Source: a virus (lineage: Duplodnaviria > Caudoviricetes). From it: DNA of 26,953 bases. The notes beneath the pieces were generated by a model. That model saw only the letters and a program-made list of their open reading frames with translations. It did no database searches and was not told the origin of the DNA. Position numbers and translations under genes: made by a program. Positions within the stretch are counted from its first letter, which is position 1. Each line of letters begins with the position of its first letter. The stretch lies in IMG/VR virus record IMGVR_UViG_3300030376_001735, positions 1 to 26,953 of that record; one strand, written 5' to 3'. Shown here piece after piece: positions 7,301-13,800 of the stretch.

Positions 7301-9578
7301 CGTGCTCAATTAACTCGTCGGGTGTATTAAACATCCATGCTGGAAAACTACCATCACTTATAGCTTTTATTTGATCAGCTAATTCAGTAGCTTCTTTTTT
7401 TGTTATTTTACCCCTATCAGCAGCCGCATTAAGCTTTTGTCTAGTACCTTTCAAGTCTTTACCTAAAATAACCATGTTTGCTAGTCTAGCTTTTTTACTA
7501 TCAGGTGTAGCAAAGTTTGCGACACTAGTACCACCAACTAATCCACCAGCAGCAAATGATAATATAGATGTTTGAACAAAATCTTTTAAATTATAATCTT
7601 GTTTTAAAAACTCTTGACCAGCTTGCTCGTTTATATTTCTATTGACAATACCAACCTCACCTAATTGCTGTACGTTTTCTTGAGCAAACTCTTTAAAACC
7701 TTCATTAACAAAAGTTCTTAGTGTAGCTCTATCAGGTATTAATCTTGATAGTTGTTGTTTTAATGTATTTTTAGCCGCTTCTTTCCCACCTTGTTTATAA
7801 GCTTTTATAACATCATTTATTCTAACGTTTCCAGCAACCCAATCATCTAGCTTATTTAAACCAGGTAGTCTAGGATTTATAGGACCTGTTACAGCATACA
7901 GTAAAGCCATTTGAGCAGATGCAGAGTTAGCTAATTTCTCAGCTTCATTAAAAGGTATACCAGCGTCTAAAGCTGCTTTTAACACACTTTCATGACCAGT
8001 TGAAGCACCATAAAAAGCTTGGAACATTGTAGCATCAACAATTCTAGGATCAAAAGGCATGTTAACACCAAATGTTTCTTTTGTACTAGAGTATCTACCT
8101 GTTGATACGTTTCTAGCTCTTGTGTTTAAAGGTTTTAAACCTCTTAACTGTCTTACTTTGTTTAAACCTTGTAAGTATTTAAGCGATGCAACTGTTCTTA
8201 AACTTCCAGCGCCTTTAGTTCCAAGTATTTGAAATACTATATTACCTATTGTATGACCCATTATACCAGAAGCACCTCTTAAATTAAAGTCATTATCAAC
8301 AGCCCCTTCTTCTTTTATCTTTTTTATTAATTCTTGTTTTTTCTCTGGATCCATTGTATCACCTACGCTTACACCAACTGTTTGGTTATATAGTTGACCA
8401 TCGTAATCGTCAACAGTATATCTTACTCCATCAATCTCTAAAGTCTTACCTCTAGCTAACATGTATTTCATTTGTTTTGTTGGATCAGCAAGATCTAATT
8501 CTCTCCTCAACATTCTTGCTTCATTAGCATAACCATCAAGCCCAACAAGATCACCTAAAAATATACTTGTATCTTCAAGACCTTCGCCAAGACCTAGGAA
8601 AGCATTACCAATAAATTCACCTAAACCTAAAAAACCGCCTTCTAATTCTGAATCGTCAGCTCTGTTTTTTAAGTACTCGTGTTGTTTTTCTTTATTCTCT
8701 TGATCTCTAAATAATTTATTTTTAAAATGAACAGAATTATAATATCTATAGTTGTCATAATCAAAAACACTATAACCACCTTCATTTTCTTTTTGCCAAA
8801 AAGCAAACGCATCATCTATGTTTTTAAACTCAGAATATTTATTAGTATCAGCGTTATAATCTTCTAAAAATATTTTTTCATTAGCTCTAACGTTAACATC
8901 AGCTATATAACCGTCTAAATACATAGATAACTGTCTCTCGTAAGCAACTCGTAAATCTTCAGTTTGATCACCAAACGCACCCCAAAAACCATCTTCAAAA
9001 GCACCTTCTTCATATAATTCTTTAAAGTCTTCAGAGTGTCCACTTCTATTTAACCAACCTTGAAAATCTTTTATATTAATTCCTAGGTTTTCTAAATCGC
9101 TAGCTTTGTAAAACTTATTTACAAAACTGTTATCATTTTCTTGATTGTAAAATAGATGCGAAGAATCCGCGTCTACGTCTAGATCGTTTTGTCTAACTCT
9201 TTTTTGTATTTGTTCGTCTAATGATACTTCTTCTTTTATATCACCATTCCATACTTGATATTCATACCACTCTTGATCAGTGTCAAAATTATCTCTTGAA
9301 ACTTCATCACCTAAACCCCCAGATCTATAACCTTGTCTTTGATTCATGTAACCAAACTTAAGGTCCATGAATTTCATATTTCTTTCCTTTATAAGTATTT
9401 CATTTACCTCTTCTTGCTCTTGTTCTATCTCAGAGTTAGGTCTTTCGTAACCTCTAATTCTTAAGTCCTCAGGAGTAGCCTCAACAGCATCTGGGTTTTG
9501 AACTAAGAACATTACTTGTTGATCTTCGTCTAACCCGCTAATATCTTGTACACCGTTTTGTGTTAAGTATTTAGACAT
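1305..9578 (-). CDS. Giant multidomain internal virion/ejection ('polyvalent') protein, 2757 aa, with zincin metallopeptidase, sigma-like and HAD domains
   Basis: Uninterrupted 8.3-kb ORF downstream of the tail genes. Gly/Ala-rich hydrophobic segments in the N-terminal third, HELLH at aa 870-874, a sigma-region-2-like segment at aa ~1050-1190, HAD motifs I-IV at aa ~1890-2050 and a helical C-terminal region. Confidence 0.8.
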   Translation of the reverse strand: MSKYLTQNGVQDISGLDEDQQVMFLVQNPDAVEATPEDLRIRGYERPNSEIEQEQEEVNEILIKERNMKFMDLKFGYMNQRQGYRSGGLGDEVSRDNFDTDQEWYEYQVWNGDIKEEVSLDEQIQKRVRQNDLDVDADSSHLFYNQENDNSFVNKFYKASDLENLGINIKDFQGWLNRSGHSEDFKELYEEGAFEDGFWGAFGDQTEDLRVAYERQLSMYLDGYIADVNVRANEKIFLEDYNADTNKYSEFKNIDDAFAFWQKENEGGYSVFDYDNYRYYNSVHFKNKLFRDQENKEKQHEYLKNRADDSELEGGFLGLGEFIGNAFLGLGEGLEDTSIFLGDLVGLDGYANEARMLRRELDLADPTKQMKYMLARGKTLEIDGVRYTVDDYDGQLYNQTVGVSVGDTMDPEKKQELIKKIKEEGAVDNDFNLRGASGIMGHTIGNIVFQILGTKGAGSLRTVASLKYLQGLNKVRQLRGLKPLNTRARNVSTGRYSSTKETFGVNMPFDPRIVDATMFQAFYGASTGHESVLKAALDAGIPFNEAEKLANSASAQMALLYAVTGPINPRLPGLNKLDDWVAGNVRINDVIKAYKQGGKEAAKNTLKQQLSRLIPDRATLRTFVNEGFKEFAQENVQQLGEVGIVNRNINEQAGQEFLKQDYNLKDFVQTSILSFAAGGLVGGTSVANFATPDSKKARLANMVILGKDLKGTRQKLNAAADRGKITKKEATELADQIKAISDGSFPAWMFNTPDELIEHAVIQQDIRKLEADLKKYDESHHDRINAQIDSKKIKLQELVESAAEQAIQSDVKMFKDTFGVETIQLKNLDQLIKAGFSEEMFTDGWLEQDGKIYINMEAAVENQAVSVASHELLHKIIKSEFKKNPNIGKVVTEFKNILKEKGVLSKLEGRAKKYRLIGAKIDEGGKDQDEWLTMFSDALFKNEITYQELGDNGFLRMGRTLINVVKQKFGLKKYEFETGRQVYDFMLNYKENIEKGKLSNQEQRMLDSFTPDDESGRKKSINMNEKINQEKLDALVNPKEEFIGSKAHMTAKALIDTGAFDGLIGAKLEQGSNIYGQSRQQVIEDARFELVKHLNNYDPTIGTGLFGYLNSYIGFKTGNVTNRLKRQVKTKSIDVDREGTQTTQDIQDTSLNPEELMIAKQEAEAATKIASKIKMGQKLTADEKKKVKTLLLPIIRDLDTALSNVKSINAKNSPIIKELKKNLGESLVYDAMINFLGTRGQLRENLLNLKQDVLTNSTTTWLQGKTQKNGDVNGGIPQVIEKTIKLENGDEVRVPYPEWVGQEIAREKMGTDNAGRTSGHDLVFRADNAIELDDNVYLSQFYDAKGKLIRGRKEALAKHMAQEIGLELMIDEIVNNPNGSLAQEFNKNQLAKGVVNAVDKINQFMEQAERGGVKRSISRGAAIQYYEAAVILGAQGSFTELDNHLNNLPKGYEFIKDLYLKEAFETESITGFINPLKEYSKTKAGAKVKPYLDKFLNMSPDEKKKAIVPFSSKLVSILPSEFFNAFGKTEQRALLGIHDRVIDPNQPDGLRIFNKIGKAKKGGVPFTGVKIIQAGSGFVLKIQNKILNQKFESKKAAEKAFEEAFGEDIKTINANNLAALVYILEKAQSIVAANPKLIPGYLTWLQANGNIGKALRGLTKIEEVQIYAENQAPFVGLDGKGYNSITAKERARYDNNEININFNHPEYKEAKAYIDQRDANRIQELKNPKLSQDKKDKIQKQLDKSIEQKFRERLRAKGEHKNPSSNTFGKIAVYQLGTINTMLEYPGSDLISLATEKDLMNIVSDFSQSIGTEVLSQIQDDVHGRTSSLGDLRVYAIPENKIKSFYAVTGETQALSRAQRAIDIKIEEFAQVLTNQNLVERSRSVSVEPKGISVYDFDDTLAFSASKIIVTMPNGKVKKITPAQFAAQDEKLKSQGATFDFNEFNQVVKGRPGPLAPRIKKAIDKFGNENIFVLTARPQASAKAIQEFLKGIGIDIPIENITGLENGTPAAKAAWIINKVAQGFNDFYFVDDAYKNVQAVQNVLNVFDVKGKVQQARSDRKRSVSRELNEMIERNTGVRADTTYSKIVARKKGASKGKFKFFAHGADDFRGLTQYVLAGKGKQGDQDQQWFEDNLVTPYVRGIGAIEAARQAMKNDYRALLKANPEIKKNLDKEIGDTGFTLDQAIRVYLYNKSGFEVPGISKRDQQTLINVVNQNQDYKNFANTLQVITKKQKWAEPEEYWDVGSILKDLNELDQKVSRKEYLAEFISNVDEIFSEQNLNKLEALYGTSYRKALENIISRMKSGSNRPGKMGDIEGRWMQWVNNSVGTIMFFNRRSALLQMLSFTNFVNWSDNNPLKAAAAFADQKNYWKTWVRIFNSDKLKQRRGGLRSDVQEQEIANAAKNSKDKASAIISYLLKIGFTPTQIADSMAIATGGATFLMNRTKTYLKQGMSQQDADAKAFEDFVKISDETQQSGDPMLISSQQASHLGRLILAFQNTPMQYVRLMKKAGQDLVNGRGDWKTNVSKIMYYGFVQNLIFASLQNALFALLPEFDPEDDDEKRQKIINTKTERIVNSMVDTILRGSGLTGAVISTLKNTINKYYKEEAKGFRADHTQTLIELANISPPIGSKARKLYGAHLTKKYNKELINERGMDIIADGRLNISPSYEILGSFVSAAFNLPLDRVIVELNSISEALDSRNSAYQRIALLLGWRTWDVNAKNEENDFIELVYDELKAIEKKNKQRGSRNSNRKIKRK
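3420..3915 (-). other. HAD-superfamily phosphatase domain within the giant protein
   Basis: Motif I ISVYDFDDTL (DFDDT at 3879..3893), motif II IFVLTAR, motif III Lys in PAAKAAWI and motif IV FYFVDDAYKN, in the canonical order. Confidence 0.85.
6000..6440 (-). other. Sigma70-family (region 2 plus linker)-like segment within the giant protein
   Basis: SRQQVIEDARFELVKHLNNYDPTIGTGLFGYLNSYIGFKTGNVTNRLKR...KSIDVD...DTSLNPEELMIAKQE...KLTADEKKKV follows the sigma pattern (helix-[FY]DP..G..F..Y....I ... SLD ... PEE ... L+..E+.+). Confidence 0.55.
6770..7050 (-). other. Zincin-like metallopeptidase domain within the giant protein
   Basis: GKIYINMEAA...VASHELLHKII (HExxH at 6957..6971), followed ~55 aa later by DQDEWLTMFSD, which could supply a third Glu ligand. 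Confidence 0.75.
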
Positions 9579-9588
9579 GTGTTAAATT

Positions 9589-10848
9589 TTATTTTGAATT
9601 TTTTCTAATATAATCAGCTATTTCTTGTGCGCTAGGTGATTTAATACCTGAATCTATTAAAGCTTGTCTAGCCTCACTAATAGTTAATTTGTCTTTTTCT
9701 GTAGTTACTATTTCGGGTTCAGTATTGCTAGGCGTGCCTGATCCTTTTATGATCTCTACTTTACCATCTGGATAATGATACTCTAAACCACCATCGTCAT
9801 AATATCTTATTTCAAAACCGCTAGGATCTTTAGGCATTCTTCTTTGGTAGTATCTATCACCCGTTTGAAAATGTTTTCCATCAGAAGCATAATGACTACT
9901 ACCGTCAGCTTTACTAGTACTTGGATTAACTTTTCTTTGACTAGCGCCTGTTTGTGATTGCTTAACTAAAACATCCATATAGTTATTTACAACTTGATCT
10001 CTTAACTCGCTAAAACTTAAGTTACCATCTTTATATGCTTGTATTTGATCTTTCATACCATCAGCTAAAACAACGTTGCCAACTAAACCGTCATGTAGTA
10101 TAGACATCAAAGTTGAAGTACCACCTTGATCAATAGCTGTTTTTAATTGATTTTGATACTGAAAATATAAAGGATTATTCTGGCTTAAAACTTGACCTGT
10201 TTTTAAAGCGTTCTGATAAACACCAACACCCATTTTAGTCATAGCTGAAGCTGTTTCATAATCTTTAATAGAGTAGTCAGGCATATCATTTAATGATAGT
10301 TCGCCATCTACACCAACAAATTTAACGTTTCCAGTCTCATCTATCATCATATCTAACTCTTCATTATAAACACTTCTTAATAGGTTTACGTTAGCTTGAT
10401 TTTCACCATACATAGATATAGTTTGACCTTCAATATCACCTATTAAATCTTTTTTATTCTCACCATAAAGCTTCATCTGTTTATCTAAGTTTTCAAATGA
10501 ACTTTTTATTTGATTCATCTTAGCAACTCTATCCATATAATCTTGACTACCAACTTCATACTCGTCTACACTGTTAGCGGCATTAACATACTCTTGTTTT
10601 TGTTGAGACAAAAATTCAGATATATTACCTCTGTACTTAGTAGGTATCGCAGCTAGATCAACATCAGCTGGTAATTTTTTTAAATAGTTAGCTAGCTTCT
10701 GCTCATAGAAATTTTTTACAGATCTAGTGGGGTTGTCGCTACCTTTACCTAATGTAGCTGCTTCATAACCCACGTCAAAAGCCGTTTTAACGTTAGTATA
10801 ACTACCGCCACCAGCAGCGTCGTAAATTGATTGTTGGTTATAATACAT
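9589..10848 (-). CDS. Putative internal virion/ejection protein (419 aa)
   Basis: Long ORF between the 215-aa ejection-like gene and the giant gene. Helical-looking Q/K/N-rich core and Gly-rich N-terminus. Function inferred from position only. Confidence 0.55.
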   Translation of the reverse strand: MYYNQQSIYDAAGGGSYTNVKTAFDVGYEAATLGKGSDNPTRSVKNFYEQKLANYLKKLPADVDLAAIPTKYRGNISEFLSQQKQEYVNAANSVDEYEVGSQDYMDRVAKMNQIKSSFENLDKQMKLYGENKKDLIGDIEGQTISMYGENQANVNLLRSVYNEELDMMIDETGNVKFVGVDGELSLNDMPDYSIKDYETASAMTKMGVGVYQNALKTGQVLSQNNPLYFQYQNQLKTAIDQGGTSTLMSILHDGLVGNVVLADGMKDQIQAYKDGNLSFSELRDQVVNNYMDVLVKQSQTGASQRKVNPSTSKADGSSHYASDGKHFQTGDRYYQRRMPKDPSGFEIRYYDDGGLEYHYPDGKVEIIKGSGTPSNTEPEIVTTEKDKLTISEARQALIDSGIKSPSAQEIADYIRKNSK

Positions 10849-10854
10849 AATATT

Positions 10855-11502
10855 TTATTTTGGTTTTCCTTTTAAAAACTGACCCATATTTGGTACAGCC
10901 ATACTTGCTGCGTCACCAATACCAGATATTAACATTTGATCACTTTGAGATTTAGCAGCTTGAGCAGCTTGAAGTTCTTGACCAGTTAACTGCATCATGG
11001 TGTCTATCTTACCTAGCTCATGTTCTCTTTTCTGATACTCACCTGCTATTTGTGAATTTTGTATTTGAGCAGCTTGGTTCATTGTTCTAGACTGATTAGC
11101 TTGCTCTTGTTGACCTATATCAACAGAAGCTTGTTGCGCTTGTTGATTTGATTGACCAGCCATAGCTTGTGCTAAAGCAGCTATACCAGATCCACCTGCA
11201 GCTTGACTAAATTGATCCATAGTGTTTGCTTGACTTTGTAAAGCTTGTGTTTTAGCAAAGTCCGCCGCCTGTGTATTAACGGTTGCATCCTCATATACAT
11301 TCTCCATATTATCATATAGATTAGAGGTATCCATGTTTTCAAATTGTTGTCTCTGCATATCATATGCTCCTTGAGCGTTCTTCAACTTAGCTTTTTTCTT
11401 TTTTCTACCAGCTAAACCCATACCTATTTTAGCTGCTACGCCTACAGCTTGAGCTATCATTGGTAATGCTTTTAACGGTGAAGATCCTTGGTGTTTTTTC
11501 AT
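10855..11502 (-). CDS. Putative small DNA-ejection/pilot protein (215 aa)
   Basis: Ala/Gly hydrophobic N-terminal helix (IAQAVGVAAKIGMGLAG) followed by a basic cluster (RKKKKAKLK), a Gln/Ala-rich coiled coil and AAGGSGIAALA. This composition is typical of podovirus ejection proteins. Confidence 0.65.
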   Translation of the reverse strand: MKKHQGSSPLKALPMIAQAVGVAAKIGMGLAGRKKKKAKLKNAQGAYDMQRQQFENMDTSNLYDNMENVYEDATVNTQAADFAKTQALQSQANTMDQFSQAAGGSGIAALAQAMAGQSNQQAQQASVDIGQQEQANQSRTMNQAAQIQNSQIAGEYQKREHELGKIDTMMQLTGQELQAAQAAKSQSDQMLISGIGDAASMAVPNMGQFLKGKPK

Positions 11503-11517
11503 CTTAATTTATTTATA

Positions 11518-11527
11518 TTATTATTAC
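11518..11527 (-). promoter_or_regulatory. Candidate phage promoter motif GTAATAATAA upstream of the ejection-gene block
   Basis: Identical 10-mer also lies in the intergenic gap at 1289..1298, in the same orientation. Confidence 0.35.
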
Positions 11528-11530
11528 ACA

Positions 11531-11899
11531 TTATTTGCTAGATTCAAATATTTCTGAACCTACACTGAACAATTCTGCTTTTACCGTAGAGTTGTTACTC
11601 ATCTCAACTTCAGCGTAGTAACCCAGCAAACTAGCCATGTTAGCTCTATTATCTTTACTAAATAAAAAGAAACTACTACTAGTAGGTAAAGCTGTAGAGT
11701 TAGCTATATCAGCTGTTATTACACCTGTAGCATAATTTATAGCTGTTATAACGCCAACCTCAATAACATTGTTACTGTTCAATATAGGACTAGGAGTTCC
11801 CTGCATAGTTTCACTAGCAGGATTAACATAGTATAATACGTCTCCTAATTGTACTGATTCGTTTAGTTCGTTAGTAAATGTTACTGTTATACTTGGCAT
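11531..11899 (-). CDS. Small beta-rich virion/tail protein (122 aa)
   Basis: Co-oriented ORF tightly packed in the tail block with alternating beta-strand pattern. No recognised motif. Confidence 0.6.
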   Translation of the reverse strand: MPSITVTFTNELNESVQLGDVLYYVNPASETMQGTPSPILNSNNVIEVGVITAINYATGVITADIANSTALPTSSSFFLFSKDNRANMASLLGYYAEVEMSNNSTVKAELFSVGSEIFESSK

Positions 11900-11910
11900 A
11901 TCTATTTATT

Positions 11911-13800
11911 TTATGGGTTAGCTCCGTCATTAGCAAAAGCAAACATTACTTTTAAGTTATGTACATCATTAGTAGCTACGCTTGGACTAAAGTTAGTTAT
12001 TGTAACTGTTATATCCATATATAACTGCCTACTACTTGTACCTTGATTTGTAACTGAAAAACTACTTAAACTAGTGCTGTATGTAGCACTGTTAAATTTT
12101 GTTGTGGTAGCACCATAGTTACCAGCTGTAATAGTAATATCACCAGTAGTGTCTACATATGATGGAAAATCATTACTAGATAAATTAACACCAGCAAAAG
12201 TATATGTTATTGTTGATGAACCTGATGTTCTACCTGTAACCTGCTGTATATAGCCACTAGGATATAGTATCGCACTATTACCACCTGTTACATCTTGAAA
12301 CTGTGTAGTTCCTATGCTAAGAACATTAGTTGTTCCACCACCACCTCCAGATACACTATTACAAAACTCATCTATATTAAAGTTTATAACAGTGTTGTTT
12401 ACACCATGCTGCCAGTTATACCAGTCTGATCCAGTTATAGTTAATTTTTTATTAGCGTTTCCACTATTGTCAGCAGATCTTGCCGCTGTGATTGTTCCAG
12501 CTACTATGTTAGCATCACCAGTTACACCGTAATGACTTGATGTTAATGTTATACTACTTGAAAGACCATTAGCACCGCTAAAAGTAAAAGCGTCATTATC
12601 TTGTATAACGGTAACAAAATTAAACTCAGCGTTATTATTACTTTCAATTTCAGTACCACTTTGTCCATTTATTGCATTAGCTCCAGCGCTATGATTTATA
12701 GCTGTTCCAGCGTAATTAGTGTACGTAGAAACAACAGAAGTTAATGTTCCTCTACTTGTTGATGAAGCATTAACTGTTACGGTTTTAAAACCTCTTCTAT
12801 TTATAGTAAAAGGATTTGTTTGTGATATATTATCTGTTGTTGCTGGTTCCTTGTCATCAGCAGTTATAGTTACTGTATAAGTTACATCAGCTAAAACTAA
12901 AGGTAAAGTAATTAATTGAGCGTGTTGTCCGTTGCTACCTATTGTTAAACTACCAGAATTAGTGCTAGAACTAGTAAAATTACCTGCTGAAAAATCATAA
13001 GTATGACTATCACCTGTTCTAGTTATGTTAACAGTAAATTTAGCACCTACATCACCATATACAGTTAAACCTCTTTTAGTTAAAACATACGGAGCATCTG
13101 AAGTGTCCATGCTGTAACTATTAATTCTATTTAAAGCAACTGGTATATCTTCAGCGTTAGCTGTTATATTTATAACATCAGCAGTATCTGTTATCAAAGG
13201 TATTATACCATCAACATTAAAAGTTGTAGCAGTATGACTAGTGCCAGTACCATTTGGTGTACCTACTATAACATAGTTATCAACATTTCCTGTTGCTACA
13301 ACACAAGTTGGAGGTATTTTAAAATAATGCCCACTAGTAGCAGTTACAGTTCTAGTAAATAAATCTACTGTAGTGCCGCTTGTAGCTGTAGCTGTATAAG
13401 CTTGATTTGTAGCAGCTGTTGTAGCATCTGTTACTGATACATTAAAAACACCTGATAAAGTTTTAGGTATATTTTTTTCTAATACAGCAGCGCCATCAAT
13501 ATCTATAGTAAAAGTATGATTGTTAGTTCCTGGATTAAATGTATCTTTAAGATCTACTGTTACAATTACTTTATTGGCTTCAGCGTAAGCCACGCTACTG
13601 TCTGCTAATGTTATATTGTTAATTTGATTAACAAAAGGAGCAGCTGCTAAATCTGTATTTTGAGCAAAATCAGCGGCAGCAACTCTAAAACCAGTGTTAG
13701 CTGTTATAGTTAACACTTGGTTAGCAACGCCAGATCCTAAAGCTTGTGATGGTGTAACCTCAACAGATGTGGAATTTATTGTACAGTTAATTAGTGCCAT
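11911..13800 (-). CDS. Tail fibre/spike-like protein with tandem beta-sandwich modules (629 aa)
   Basis: Extremely Thr/Ser/Asn/Gly-rich and charge-poor. Recurrent T.TA..G..F-type motifs and a GGGGG linker before the last ~135 aa. ATG overlaps the upstream stop (TAATG at 13800). Confidence 0.6.
   Translation of the reverse strand: MALINCTINSTSVEVTPSQALGSGVANQVLTITANTGFRVAAADFAQNTDLAAAPFVNQINNITLADSSVAYAEANKVIVTVDLKDTFNPGTNNHTFTIDIDGAAVLEKNIPKTLSGVFNVSVTDATTAATNQAYTATATSGTTVDLFTRTVTATSGHYFKIPPTCVVATGNVDNYVIVGTPNGTGTSHTATTFNVDGIIPLITDTADVINITANAEDIPVALNRINSYSMDTSDAPYVLTKRGLTVYGDVGAKFTVNITRTGDSHTYDFSAGNFTSSSTNSGSLTIGSNGQHAQLITLPLVLADVTYTVTITADDKEPATTDNISQTNPFTINRRGFKTVTVNASSTSRGTLTSVVSTYTNYAGTAINHSAGANAINGQSGTEIESNNNAEFNFVTVIQDNDAFTFSGANGLSSSITLTSSHYGVTGDANIVAGTITAARSADNSGNANKKLTITGSDWYNWQHGVNNTVINFNIDEFCNSVSGGGGGTTNVLSIGTTQFQDVTGGNSAILYPSGYIQQVTGRTSGSSTITYTFAGVNLSSNDFPSYVDTTGDITITAGNYGATTTKFNSATYSTSLSSFSVTNQGTSSRQLYMDITVTITNFSPSVATNDVHNLKVMFAFANDGANP

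Noticed and set aside
9165-9185. DLDVDAD in the giant protein as an RNA polymerase DxDxD catalytic motif
   Set aside because: It lies at aa ~132 in an acidic low-complexity N-terminal region, lacks the G.DFD.D context and has no surrounding double-psi barrel-like sequence that I can see.
11911-13800. Diversity-generating retroelement target in the fibre gene
   Set aside because: No reverse transcriptase and no template/variable repeat pair is visible in this window. It cannot be excluded elsewhere in the genome.
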